From: a virus
Taxonomy: Duplodnaviria > Caudoviricetes
Reading direction: 5' to 3' (one strand)
IMG/VR virus record: IMGVR_UViG_3300037590_000079
Span: 32,001-96,000 of that record
DNA length: 64,000 nt
The notes under the pieces were generated by a model. The model was not told the origin of the DNA and made no database searches. It was given only the letters and a program-made list of their open reading frames with translations. The first letter of the stretch is position 1. The number at the start of each line of letters is the position of its first letter. Positions 17,882-27,577 of the stretch are shown here, one piece after another. The position numbers and the translations under genes were made by a program.

Positions 17882-17917
17882 AACGGGGGTGGTTCGCTTG
17901 CCACCCCCGTTTTCTTT
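17882..17917 (+). terminator. Intrinsic terminator after SSB
   Basis: ACGGGGGTGG-loop-CCACCCCCGT-TTTCTTT. Confidence 0.8.
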
Positions 17918-17931
17918 CAAGCGAGGCTATC

Positions 17932-18867
17932 ATGAAAAACTACTTCCTCGTGGATGGCAACAGCCTCGGGCACTTCGCCAATGCAGGTGCGCGGCTGAGC
18001 ATCGGTGAGCTTCCCGTTCAGGCCATCTACAATTTCCTCAAGAACCTGCGCAGAAGCACCGCGCTCGCGCAGCACTATCGTTTCGCGGTGCTCTGGGACG
18101 GCGCGTCGTGGCGCAACATGGAATATCCCGAATACAAGGCAAATCGCGAGAAGAAGGACACGAAAAGTGAGCGCCATCTTCATGAAATGAAGGCGATGTA
18201 TCACAAGCAGCGTCCTTACATCCAGAAGGCGCTGCGTCTTCTCGGCGTGACCCAGGTCAAGGCCGCGAACATGGAGGCCGACGATCTCGCCGCGATCATG
18301 GCGGATCGCTACGCGCGCAACGGCCGGGTCGTTCTCTGGACAGGTGACAAGGACTGGATCCAGCTCGTTCAGCCCAATGTGATCTGGCGCGATTTCGCCA
18401 ATGACAGGCGTATCAATCACGAGAATTTCGAGGAAATGACCGGTGTGAAAACACCGCGGCAGTTCGTCGAGGTGAAGGCGCTGTCCGGCGATCAGGGTGA
18501 CAATATTGCCGGTGTCGGCGGTATCGGCGAGACGGGCGCGATCCAGTTCGTCAACAAGTTCGGCAGCTTTTCCGATTTCGTGAACATGGTCACGCTGGAA
18601 AAGAGCGTCGATTTCGAGAAGCTGCCGAAGAAATACAGGGCTCTGATCGAGGACGAAACGAAGGCGCTCAGGTTCCAGGCGAATCTTGATCTGGTCGATC
18701 TGCGCACGTCCATGCGTCCCGCGCCCGTCAACTTGCAGATCGACAAGGGCGAGCCGGATGCGGAGAGATTTCGCAAGCTGTGCGACCTGTTGCTGTTCGA
18801 ATCCATCACGCGTGATCTGGACGAATGGCTGTCGGTCTTTCCCGCCTGGAGAAAGGAGCCCTCATGA
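17932..18867 (+). CDS. 5'-3' exonuclease / flap endonuclease
   Basis: LVDGNS, WDG..WR...YPEYKANR, EADD, TGDKDW.Q, GD.GDNI.GV.GIGE. Confidence 0.92.
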   Translation: MKNYFLVDGNSLGHFANAGARLSIGELPVQAIYNFLKNLRRSTALAQHYRFAVLWDGASWRNMEYPEYKANREKKDTKSERHLHEMKAMYHKQRPYIQKALRLLGVTQVKAANMEADDLAAIMADRYARNGRVVLWTGDKDWIQLVQPNVIWRDFANDRRINHENFEEMTGVKTPRQFVEVKALSGDQGDNIAGVGGIGETGAIQFVNKFGSFSDFVNMVTLEKSVDFEKLPKKYRALIEDETKALRFQANLDLVDLRTSMRPAPVNLQIDKGEPDAERFRKLCDLLLFESITRDLDEWLSVFPAWRKEPS

Positions 18868-19118
18868 TTCCGATGCGCATTTCCAATGCCACGCGCATTC
18901 TTGCCGAAAACCAGGACGAGTATCACGCCCTCGCGATCCACGACCATCAGGACGCGCAGGGTAACAACGTGATGATCTCGCTCTGGGAGCCCACCCCGGC
19001 AGAGATCGAGCATATCAAGGCGGGTGGTCATATCCGGCTCGGTATTCTCGGCCGCATCCACCCGCCCGTTCACATCACCACGCAGGCGCCGCCTGCTGTC
19101 GAAGAAGGAGAGACGTAA
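18864..19118 (+). CDS. Small conserved-type phage protein
   Basis: AGGAG RBS; S.WEPT..E...I..GG.I.L.I.G..HPPV. Confidence 0.7.
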   Translation: MIPMRISNATRILAENQDEYHALAIHDHQDAQGNNVMISLWEPTPAEIEHIKAGGHIRLGILGRIHPPVHITTQAPPAVEEGET

Positions 19119-20197
19119 TGTCCAGACCCAAGGATATCGCAAGCGTTCTGGGAAGCGCGATCGGTGGCAATGACGAGGAGAGCACCGTCACGCAGTTTCT
19201 CGAAAGCGGGTTTCCGCCTCTGAACCACGCCAGCCATGCCGCCTGGGAAGGCTGCTTTCCGGTCGGCCGCATCTCCGAGATCGCCGGTCCGGCCTCGGCC
19301 GGCAAGACCGCCTTGTCCACCATCGCCATGATCAGTGCGCAGAAGGCGGGCGGTATCGCGTGCTTCATGGATCACGAGCGCAGCTTCCAGTTCACCCTGG
19401 CCAAGAAGCTCGGGCTCGACACGTCCGAAGGCCGCTTCGTCTACAAGAAGCCCAATACCTTCGAGCAGTCCATCGATATCTTCCACCGGGTCTGCTCGAC
19501 GGTGCGTGACGGGAAGCTGATCCCGAAAACCGCGCCGATCTGCTTCGTGTTCGACAGCCTTGCCGCGATGGTTCCTCAGTCGGTTCTGACTGACGCGAAA
19601 GGGAAAGAGCGCGACGCCAAGGACCGGAACATGAACGACAACACCGCCCTGGCGCGCGCCACGAGCGCACACTTTCCGGCCGTCTCGATGCTGACCGAGG
19701 AATACGATGTGGCGACCATCTTCCTTAACCAGATGCGCAACAAGATCGGCGTGATGTTCGGCGATCCGCGCAAGACCACCGGCGGCGACGCGCCCGAGTT
19801 CTACTTCGCGCAGCGGCTGTGGCTGTCGGCGAAGCAGATCAAGAAGGGCACCGAGGTGATCGGTAACGAGGTCACGGGCAAGTTCGTCAAGAACAAGGTC
19901 TCGCGGCCCTTCGTGTCGGCGTCCTGGCGCTTCATGTTCGAGGAGGACGGCTCCGGTCGCTTCGACCAGGAGCGCTCGATGATCGACTTCCTCGAAGGCG
20001 AGGGCATCCTTGAGCAGGGCTCGAAGGCCGGCACGGTGATCTGGGAGGGCAAGCAGCGCGGTCGGCAGGAGCTTGCCGACATGATCCGCTCGGCCAATGC
20101 CTTCGACCAGCTCAAGGCGCTTCTGCCGAAGGCATACGAGCCGAAGATCGTCGAGTCCGTTCCGAAAATGACGGAGGAAGCTGAAAAGCCCGGCTGA
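19118..20197 (+). CDS. recA: RecA/UvsX-like recombinase
   Basis: GRISEIAGPASAGKT, DHERS, FDSLAAM, FLNQMR.KIGVMFGDP..T.GG, KNKV.RP. Confidence 0.92.
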   Translation: MSRPKDIASVLGSAIGGNDEESTVTQFLESGFPPLNHASHAAWEGCFPVGRISEIAGPASAGKTALSTIAMISAQKAGGIACFMDHERSFQFTLAKKLGLDTSEGRFVYKKPNTFEQSIDIFHRVCSTVRDGKLIPKTAPICFVFDSLAAMVPQSVLTDAKGKERDAKDRNMNDNTALARATSAHFPAVSMLTEEYDVATIFLNQMRNKIGVMFGDPRKTTGGDAPEFYFAQRLWLSAKQIKKGTEVIGNEVTGKFVKNKVSRPFVSASWRFMFEEDGSGRFDQERSMIDFLEGEGILEQGSKAGTVIWEGKQRGRQELADMIRSANAFDQLKALLPKAYEPKIVESVPKMTEEAEKPG

Positions 20198-20254
20198 CCC
20201 TTCTCATGCGCGCCTGTTCTGCTATAACACCTGAAATAGCAGAACAGGCGTATC

Positions 20255-20782
20255 ATGAAGGTCATAAGCATCTGGCAGCCGTTCGCCTCTCTCGTCGTTC
20301 ATGGCTGCAAGGTTTTCGAAACACGAGGATGGCCCGCGCCGCAATCGCTGATCGGTCGAGAGCTGGGTATCGCCGCGACCAAGTCGATCAATCCCGCACA
20401 GCGCGCTCACTGCGCCCAGGAGAGCTTCCAGCTGTCTTATGCTGCTACTGCCCTGCCCGAGTGGGAAACGCTTCCCAGGGGCGCTCTGCTGGGCCATGTG
20501 ACGCTCTGCGCGGTCGAGGAGATCGACGAGGAGCTTCTGGAGAACGTCTCCGTGCATGAGCAGGCGTTCGGCTGGTGGGAGCCGGGTGGATACGCCTGGC
20601 GCCTGACGAACCCGGTGATCTACCCCGAGCCCGTTCCGATCCGCGGCAGGCAGGGCATCTTCGACTGGAACGGGAATCCGTATCATGTCGGATCTTCGGA
20701 GGATGAAGCAGGCCGCCAAGGAGCTGGTCCGGGGCGGCCGGACGAACCGGAGACTTTACGGCGGCATCTACGAGCTGTCTGA
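20255..20782 (+). CDS. ASCH-domain protein
   Basis: MK.ISIWQPFASL...G.K..ETR.W; P.P.RGRQGIF.W. Confidence 0.85.
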   Translation: MKVISIWQPFASLVVHGCKVFETRGWPAPQSLIGRELGIAATKSINPAQRAHCAQESFQLSYAATALPEWETLPRGALLGHVTLCAVEEIDEELLENVSVHEQAFGWWEPGGYAWRLTNPVIYPEPVPIRGRQGIFDWNGNPYHVGSSEDEAGRQGAGPGRPDEPETLRRHLRAV

Positions 20783-21101
20783 CGGCCGCAACGTCTACCT
20801 CGCCTATCGCTGGCGCAAGGAGATCTTCCTCAATGGCGAGAAATCCATCAACGCGGCCCTCGACAAGGGGGTCGCGTGCTGGGCGATGGACCAGGACACC
20901 CTGTTCAACATGCGGATCAGGATGATCGAGATCGTCGGGGTCTACATGCGCGACGAGCGCAATATCTACATCACCCGGCTGGAAAATTTCTTCGATACCG
21001 ACAAGTCCAGGATCATGAATTTCGAACGGCGGGGTGGTGCGTTGCAGCGATATCTTCCGCTGCAATATTTCGACATGCTCAAGGGAAGATCGAAGATTTA
21101 G
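20685..21101 (+). CDS. Hypothetical protein
   Basis: Phage-like codon usage; overlaps the ASCH 3' end, so start is uncertain. Confidence 0.6.
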   Translation: MSDLRRMKQAAKELVRGGRTNRRLYGGIYELSDGRNVYLAYRWRKEIFLNGEKSINAALDKGVACWAMDQDTLFNMRIRMIEIVGVYMRDERNIYITRLENFFDTDKSRIMNFERRGGALQRYLPLQYFDMLKGRSKI

Positions 21102-21129
21102 AAGTTCCCGCGATCATTTCGTCGCGTGT

Positions 21130-21156
21130 TCTGCTATAAAGTAAGTAAGACATGAC
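21130..21156 (+). promoter_or_regulatory. Extended -10 + operator
   Basis: TCTGCTATAAA-GTAAGTAAGACATGAC. Confidence 0.75.
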
Positions 21157-21169
21157 ATAAGAGGGGCTT

Positions 21170-21892
21170 ATGAAACAGGACAAGACAGGCCAGATCGTCG
21201 CCAATCCCAACAGCAATGGCCAGGAAATGATCAAGGCTATGGACTTCGCGATGAGGGTTCGTCCCGACCTGACCAAGTCGGTTCTTTCGAGGCTCCTCGC
21301 GTGGATGCGCGAGGATGGCGTTGTCGAGATGAAGAAGGGCGACGGTCTGGGTGTCGCCTATCACTTCGCGGAGCGCGACAAGGCCGCGTTCATGGCGTTC
21401 ATTCGTGACCAGAGAAACGTCGGTGTCGCGATCTCCGAAATCTGCAAGATGTCCTCGGGCAAGCCCATCATCGACGAGGAGATCGACGGTGTTCGTCTGA
21501 GGGCCGGAACGCGCGAGGAGGCGCGGGATCTCATTCGCATGGCGTTCGGCATCAACGAACAAATAACGGACGAGAAGAATGCCCTGATCGAGCGCGTGAA
21601 AAGTCGCGACGAGGTGATCGAGGCTCTCAAGAAGGAGCTTCGGAGGGCTGGAAGGACCAAGGACGAATATTGGCGGCGCGTGCGCATTGCCGAGCACGGC
21701 AACAAGGAGCGTGACGCGCAGATCAACAACCTGCAAGAGAATGTGGGCTCGCTGATCGAGCAGATGGCGGAACAGGGAATGCGGCCGCGTCTCAAGATCC
21801 GCTCCCCTGTCCCCCTTCCCAGGAAGAAAGCGCGCCCGTCGAAAAAGATGTGCGATGTTATCTCCGAGATCGAGAAGAGGATCATCAAGTGA
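21170..21892 (+). CDS. Hypothetical coiled-coil protein
   Basis: Promoter/operator and GAGGGG RBS upstream. Confidence 0.75.
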   Translation: MKQDKTGQIVANPNSNGQEMIKAMDFAMRVRPDLTKSVLSRLLAWMREDGVVEMKKGDGLGVAYHFAERDKAAFMAFIRDQRNVGVAISEICKMSSGKPIIDEEIDGVRLRAGTREEARDLIRMAFGINEQITDEKNALIERVKSRDEVIEALKKELRRAGRTKDEYWRRVRIAEHGNKERDAQINNLQENVGSLIEQMAEQGMRPRLKIRSPVPLPRKKARPSKKMCDVISEIEKRIIK

Positions 21893-22965
21893 CCTATGCA
21901 GTCGTTTCCGACATTCACGCGCACGCGTGGAACCTGTTCTCCACGACGCTCGACAGCGGCGTCAACTCCCGGCTCCAGGTTGTTCTGGACGAATTGCGCA
22001 GGACGGCATCGACGCTTCGCGCAAAGGGCGGAAAGTCCCTGATCGTCGCCGGCGACGTGTTTCACAAGCGCGAATTTCTCGACCAGGAGGTGCTCAATCC
22101 GGTGCGTGCCGTGTTCCGCGAAATCGCGGAGAGCGGTATCACGGTCGTGATCATCCCCGGCAATCACGATCTCAAGTCCGAGGAGACCTGCGAGCTGTCC
22201 AGCTCGGTGCAGAATTTACGCCAGAGCACCGCGAAGGGCTCGGTGCATGTCGTCAACGAGCCCAAGATGATCGCGCTGAACGGATACATTGTCGGCCTTG
22301 TGCCCTGGCGGCCGCGGCGCGAGGATCTTCTGGCCGACATGGAAGCGCTCTCGAAGCACGGCAAGGCGGCAGAGGCCGACGTGTTCATTCATGCCGGTAT
22401 CGACGGCGTGCTCTCGGGTGTGCCGGCGAACGGGCTGACGGCGTCGGATCTTGCGGCTTTCGGCTTCCGGCGCGTTTTCGCCGGGCATTATCATCATCAC
22501 AAGGACATGGGCAGCGGCGTCTATTCCATCGGCGCCACGACGCATCACAACTGGGGTGACATCGGCACGCTCGCAGGCTTTCTCACGGTCGATGAAAGCA
22601 GTGTCGAATTCCACGACACCCAGGCGCCGAAATTCATCGATATCTCCGGCATGTCCGAGGATGACATGGAGCTTGAAGTGCCCGGCAACTACGCGCGCTT
22701 CCGTGGCCCGCAGATGTCCCAGGAGGATATCAACGCGTTTCGCAGGCAGCTGCGGGACTGGGGTGCGAAAGGTGTTTCCATCGAGGTGCCGCGCGCAGTC
22801 GTCGCCGCACGCGCACCCGCGTCATCCGGCAAGTCCCTCGCGGAGTCGCTGCGCGATTTCGTCCGGCAGGACAAGAATGTCCCGCAGCATCTCGACCGCG
22901 ACAAGATCTCCGCGCGCGCCGAGGAGGTGCTGACGGAAGTCCAGAGCGTCACGGAGGATGCCTGA
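21889..22965 (+). CDS. SbcD/Mre11-like metallophosphoesterase nuclease
   Basis: SDIH, AGDVFH, PGNHD, GHYH motifs; GTGA coupling. Confidence 0.9.
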   Translation: MTYAVVSDIHAHAWNLFSTTLDSGVNSRLQVVLDELRRTASTLRAKGGKSLIVAGDVFHKREFLDQEVLNPVRAVFREIAESGITVVIIPGNHDLKSEETCELSSSVQNLRQSTAKGSVHVVNEPKMIALNGYIVGLVPWRPRREDLLADMEALSKHGKAAEADVFIHAGIDGVLSGVPANGLTASDLAAFGFRRVFAGHYHHHKDMGSGVYSIGATTHHNWGDIGTLAGFLTVDESSVEFHDTQAPKFIDISGMSEDDMELEVPGNYARFRGPQMSQEDINAFRRQLRDWGAKGVSIEVPRAVVAARAPASSGKSLAESLRDFVRQDKNVPQHLDRDKISARAEEVLTEVQSVTEDA

Positions 22966-23192
22966 TGGAGCAGTGGCACTGGAGCGAGTGGATCGCGCAT
23001 GACGACAAGGGCTGGCCCGAGGGCGTCGAGCCCGACGAGATCGTTCTCGCCGATATCGATGGCGACATCATGACGCCCATGCCGGCATGCCGGATTTCCT
23101 GGCACTGTCCGGGCGACCCGGTGCGCCGGTTCAGGCGGCGCATCTGGTCTGCGCCTGCACAGGCCGAAAAGACCCGCGAGCATTCCGTCTAA
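22965..23192 (+). CDS. Hypothetical protein
   Basis: TGATG coupling, GGAGG RBS. Confidence 0.6.
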   Translation: MEQWHWSEWIAHDDKGWPEGVEPDEIVLADIDGDIMTPMPACRISWHCPGDPVRRFRRRIWSAPAQAEKTREHSV

Positions 23193-23243
23193 GTATCTGT
23201 TATAAGTGACTAAATGCAGAGACAAGCAAGAGGGGAAAGTCTC

Positions 23244-23618
23244 ATGGCGCAGCTTTACGATATCAGCTTCACGACCTCGAAGATCGCGAGTGTCTACGAC
23301 GAGAAAGGCAATCTCACCACGCAGCGGTCGATGAACGAACCGATCCGGCTGACCGCCCTGCCCTACAGCACCGCCAAGGCGTATAGCGGCTGCGACAACT
23401 TCGAGATGGTTCCGCACGAGCCCGAGGCACGGCGTGGGCGCAAGACGCAGTCCGGCAGGGCCAAGTGGGGCGAGGCCGCGCCGCTCAAGACCGAGCGCGT
23501 GTCGAAGGGCAAGCGGACCGGCGAGATCACCGTGACCAAGGCGGGCAAGAACAGCGGCAAGTCGAGCGTGCAGCGCGCCGCCGAAACCGGCGATTATTCC
23601 GCCGCGATCAATAAGTAA
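23244..23618 (+). CDS. Hypothetical basic protein with C-terminal AAxxGDxSAAxNK motif
   Basis: GAGGGG RBS; C-terminus shared with 1915..2439. Confidence 0.75.
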   Translation: MAQLYDISFTTSKIASVYDEKGNLTTQRSMNEPIRLTALPYSTAKAYSGCDNFEMVPHEPEARRGRKTQSGRAKWGEAAPLKTERVSKGKRTGEITVTKAGKNSGKSSVQRAAETGDYSAAINK

Positions 23619-23630
23619 GGAGTGACGAAC

Positions 23631-23843
23631 ATGATCGATTCCCGAATGGTCGAGGAGATGGCCGACGCCGGCTACGCACCCGATTTCGACGATACCGATC
23701 CGTGGAAGCCGGAGAGCAATGTCGATGAACATCCCATCTACACCGTCGAGGAGTGGAAGATGGATGTCGCGCTCGACCAGACCCGGCTCGGATATCACGC
23801 CTACGTGAACAAGTGCCTGGCGCTTGAGGAAGCGGGGCGCTGA
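23631..23843 (+). CDS. Hypothetical protein
   Basis: AAGGAG RBS. Confidence 0.65.
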   Translation: MIDSRMVEEMADAGYAPDFDDTDPWKPESNVDEHPIYTVEEWKMDVALDQTRLGYHAYVNKCLALEEAGR

Positions 23844-24064
23844 TGAATGTCTCGGTTGAAATGGCGACCGGCTTCAAGCGTAACAAGGCGCGAGTGCTTC
23901 TCGATCCCGATCGCTTCAAGCGGATCGGAGATGCCGAAGTGACGCGCGCCGATGTCGAGCGCGAGCTGGGTGAGGAGGCGGCGCTGGCCTGGGAGGATGT
24001 GCAGGCTGCGCGGCGCTCCTATTGGCGGGCCGTCGAGCGCTATCTGGAACGGAGGCGCGTATGA
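23843..24064 (+). CDS. Hypothetical protein
   Basis: TGATG coupling. Confidence 0.6.
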   Translation: MNVSVEMATGFKRNKARVLLDPDRFKRIGDAEVTRADVERELGEEAALAWEDVQAARRSYWRAVERYLERRRV

Positions 24065-24678
24065 TCACGGTAACGGCTTACACGGATGGATCGTGCAAGC
24101 GCAATCCCGGTGGTCCGGGTGGCTGGGGTGTCGTTCTGCGTGCGCGCAAGGACGGCGTTCTCGTCAAGGAAGCGGAGCTGCGCGGATATTCCTACTGCAC
24201 GACCAACAATCGCATGGAGTTGATGGCCGCGATCGTGGCGCTCGAAGCGCTTGAGCATCCGGCGCAGATCAAGGTCCATTCGGACAGCAAATACGTCATT
24301 GACGGCATCTCCAAGTGGATCAAGGGCTGGAAAGCCCGGAGGTGGCGCACGAAGGCCGGCAAGGAAGTGGCGAATGTCGATCTGTGGCAGCGGCTCTGGC
24401 GCGCGCAGATGCCCCACGATGTCACCTGGAAATGGGTCAAGGGTCACAACGGGCACGAGCAGAACGAGCGCGCCGACGAGATCGCCTTCGAGATGAGCGG
24501 CGTCGCCGCAGGTGTTGTGCCGATGCCGACCTGCACGGAATGCGGCACCTCGCTCGATCAGGTGCCGTTCAACGCATGCCGCGAGCATGATCGCTTCATG
24601 CGGTTCGACATGACGGAGATGGAAATCGAGCAGGCGGTCGAGGCCGCCACGGGCGAAACAATCGGGGAGTATATGTGA
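24061..24678 (+). CDS. rnhA: Ribonuclease HI with C-terminal Cys-containing extension
   Basis: [40 protein letters not shown]...NERAD. Confidence 0.93.
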   Translation: MITVTAYTDGSCKRNPGGPGGWGVVLRARKDGVLVKEAELRGYSYCTTNNRMELMAAIVALEALEHPAQIKVHSDSKYVIDGISKWIKGWKARRWRTKAGKEVANVDLWQRLWRAQMPHDVTWKWVKGHNGHEQNERADEIAFEMSGVAAGVVPMPTCTECGTSLDQVPFNACREHDRFMRFDMTEMEIEQAVEAATGETIGEYM

Positions 24679-24869
24679 TGAAAAGCGATCTTCTGGATCT
24701 GGACATGCAGATCCACGTCGAGACGGGCAAGGCGGTGCTCGCCTCGACCAGCGGTGAAAAGGACCAGGCCGTGTGGCTGCCGCTCTCGCAGATCGAGATC
24801 GAGCGCAAGGGCGATCTCGCGGTCGTGACGATGCCGGAATGGCTCGCGGTGGACAAGGAGCTGGTCTGA
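24678..24869 (+). CDS. Small hypothetical protein
   Basis: ET.KAVL...VWLP.SQIE...MPEWLA pattern common in phages. Confidence 0.65.
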   Translation: MKSDLLDLDMQIHVETGKAVLASTSGEKDQAVWLPLSQIEIERKGDLAVVTMPEWLAVDKELV

Positions 24870-25339
24870 TGGATACGCCGAAGCCCTTCGTGCCGATCGA
24901 CGTGTATTCCGAAAGGGACAACACTCGGCACGTCAACTGCTGCTGGTCGCCCGAGCGCGGCTTCTTCGAGCCGATTACCAATGTCAGTTTCGAGGATCTG
25001 CATCTGGAAGTGGTGGACTGGCACTACTCGCCGGTCACGCTTCTGCCCGGCGCGGTCGTGTCTCATCGCAAGCGTGGCACGAATTACACGGTCAAGGCCG
25101 TGTTCTTGGCCAACGCGATCACCGCTGTGAACGACACGACCGACGGAGAGACGATCACGCTGCAACCGGACGCGGGTCATCCTGATGCGCACCCGCCGCA
25201 CAGGGTCATGGTGCAGCGCTCGACCACCCGGCACTCACCCGAATGGGCGCTCTACGAGAACAAAGATGGCATGCTGTTCGCGCGTCCCCTGTCCGAGTTC
25301 ACCGAGGATCGCTTCAAGATCCTCTACAACGGAGCCTGA
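24869..25339 (+). CDS. Hypothetical protein (DUF1653-like C-terminal part)
   Basis: H.KRG..Y.V ... LY....G.LFARP..EF...RF. Confidence 0.55.
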   Translation: MDTPKPFVPIDVYSERDNTRHVNCCWSPERGFFEPITNVSFEDLHLEVVDWHYSPVTLLPGAVVSHRKRGTNYTVKAVFLANAITAVNDTTDGETITLQPDAGHPDAHPPHRVMVQRSTTRHSPEWALYENKDGMLFARPLSEFTEDRFKILYNGA

Positions 25340-25340
25340 C

Positions 25341-25640
25341 ATGGAAAGCATGGAGTTGACGCACGCGGTCGAGAATGGCCACATCGATTTTCGGATTGGC
25401 GCCGGCATCATCCATATCGACCTGATCTGGGTGGATGAGGATTCTCGCATCAGGGGTGTTGGCACCGATCTTCTTCTGAAAGTCCTGAGCCTTGCAGACA
25501 ATCTCGGCTTTTCTGTGGAGCTGGAGTCGCGCGGCGATATCGACCGGGCCGTGCTTCGCGCCTTCTACGAGAAGCACGGCTTCGTGATGGTCGATAACAC
25601 ACCCTGGATTCAGCTTATGCGCAGAGAGGTGCAACAATGA
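25341..25640 (+). CDS. GNAT acetyltransferase
   Basis: I.V....R.RGVGT.LL ... FYEKHGF. Confidence 0.75.
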   Translation: MESMELTHAVENGHIDFRIGAGIIHIDLIWVDEDSRIRGVGTDLLLKVLSLADNLGFSVELESRGDIDRAVLRAFYEKHGFVMVDNTPWIQLMRREVQQ

Positions 25641-27577
25641 AATTCCCCAAGCTCAAGATTGAAAATTTCCTGGCTATCACAGAGGCTGAAATAAGTCTTG
25701 CAGATAGGGGTTTGTGCCTTATCCAGGGCCGCAACGAGGCGGATAGCTCCGCAAAGTCGAACGGCGCCGGCAAGTCCTCGATCGCCGACGCACTGTGCTG
25801 GTGCTGGTTCGGCACGACGGCACGCGGCGAAAGCGGTGACGATGTGATCAACGCGGGCGTCGGCAAGGGGTGTCGCGTGACGTCCACGCTCGTCGATGGT
25901 GGGATCACCTACACCGCGACCCGGCATCGCAAGCACCCCAAGGGCAAGAACCGGCTCTGGCTGGAAATGGATGATGGGCTCAAGACGACCGATCTAACCA
26001 AGGGCACCGACAAGCTGACGCAGGAGGTGGCCAACAGGATCATCGGCGCGTCCCTCGACGTGTTCACGGGCTCGATCTACGCAGGCCAGGAGAAGATGCC
26101 CGACCTGCCGGCCATGACCGACAAGACGCTCAAGATGCTGATCGAGGAGGCGGCCGGCGTCACGCTGCTGGAGGAAGCCTACAGGAAGGCGCGCGACAAC
26201 CTCGCCGGCGCGCAGGCCGCGGTTGATCATGCCACGCGCGAGGCGGACGAAATCGGCCGCAAGATCGTGGATATCGACACGCAGATCACCGACGCGGCCC
26301 AGAGCGAGACGGACTGGGAAAGTGATCGCACCCGGCGCGTCGAGGAGAAGCAGAAGGAGGCGCGCGATCTGCTGGCGATCGTCAAGCGGATCGACGCCGA
26401 CATGAAGGGCTACGACCGGGCCGGTATCGAGGCCGAGATCGCGCGGATCGATGCCCGGATCGGATCGGTCTCGCAGGAAAGCGCCGAGTTGGCCCGGCTG
26501 AATCGCGAGGTGAACAGTATCGAGGTCGATCTCGAATACCACAATCGCAACTACCAGGGCGCGAAACGCAATCTGGACAATATCGAACGGCAGCTGAAAG
26601 ACGTGGAGGGCAAGATCGGCCAGCCCTGTCCCAAATGCGGCCGGCCGATCACCGAGCAGGAGATGGCCGCGACGAGAAATGCCCTTGAGAAGGACGCCGC
26701 CGAGGTCAGGGACGAGGCGAAGGCGCTCAAGGATCAGATCGAGTCCGTGGAGAGCGCGCGTCAGAAGGCCGCTCAGGCGCGTGACGCGTTTGAAGGGGGT
26801 ATGACCGATATCAGCGCCGAACAGCACTCACGCAAGCGCCAGGAGGCTCTGCTGGCCGATCTCAACGATCTGGAGAGTGACCGGAGGCTGCGCGTGACGC
26901 AGGCGAGGGCGCTCAAGCAATCTATCGAGGATATCAAGAGCGAGGCCAACCCCTATTCGGGCCGGGCGGAAAAACTGCGCGCCGAGAAGAAGCGCCAGGA
27001 GGCGCTGGCTGCCGATGCTGCGAAGATCGTGGCCGCGCGCCGCGAGAAATTCGAGATCGAGGAGCAGGTCGTGCGCGTGTTCAGCCCGGCCGGCGTCCGG
27101 GCGCGCGTTCTCGACGAGGTCACGCCGTTTCTCAACACGCAGACCGCGCGCTACCTCTCGGTGCTGTCCGACGGCAATCTCAGCGCCAACTGGACGACGC
27201 TCACGCCGGGCTCGAAACCCGGTGAGTTCAAGGAGAAGTTCTCCATCGAGGTGGCGAACGCGACGGGCGGCGGGAAATTCAAGCTGATCTCCGGCGGCGA
27301 GAAGCGCAAGGTCCGGATCGCGACGTCGATGGCCTTGCAGGATCTGGTGGCGACGCGCGCCTCGAAACCGATCGACCTGTTCATCGGTGACGAGATCGAC
27401 GATGCGCTCGACAGTTCCGGGCTTGAGCGGCTGATGATCATCCTGGAGGAGAAGGCGCGCGAGCGTGGCTCGGTTTTCGTGATCTCCCACAATGAGTTGT
27501 CGGATCACATCAGGCAGGTGCTTACGATCAAGAAAACCGCATCCGGCGAGACCGAGATCAGCGAGGTGGCGGTATGA
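25637..27577 (+). CDS. SbcC/Rad50-like ATPase
   Basis: SNGAGKS Walker A, coiled coil with CPKC zinc hook, SGGE signature, IGDEIDD.LD, ISH. Confidence 0.92.
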   Translation: MKFPKLKIENFLAITEAEISLADRGLCLIQGRNEADSSAKSNGAGKSSIADALCWCWFGTTARGESGDDVINAGVGKGCRVTSTLVDGGITYTATRHRKHPKGKNRLWLEMDDGLKTTDLTKGTDKLTQEVANRIIGASLDVFTGSIYAGQEKMPDLPAMTDKTLKMLIEEAAGVTLLEEAYRKARDNLAGAQAAVDHATREADEIGRKIVDIDTQITDAAQSETDWESDRTRRVEEKQKEARDLLAIVKRIDADMKGYDRAGIEAEIARIDARIGSVSQESAELARLNREVNSIEVDLEYHNRNYQGAKRNLDNIERQLKDVEGKIGQPCPKCGRPITEQEMAATRNALEKDAAEVRDEAKALKDQIESVESARQKAAQARDAFEGGMTDISAEQHSRKRQEALLADLNDLESDRRLRVTQARALKQSIEDIKSEANPYSGRAEKLRAEKKRQEALAADAAKIVAARREKFEIEEQVVRVFSPAGVRARVLDEVTPFLNTQTARYLSVLSDGNLSANWTTLTPGSKPGEFKEKFSIEVANATGGGKFKLISGGEKRKVRIATSMALQDLVATRASKPIDLFIGDEIDDALDSSGLERLMIILEEKARERGSVFVISHNELSDHIRQVLTIKKTASGETEISEVAV

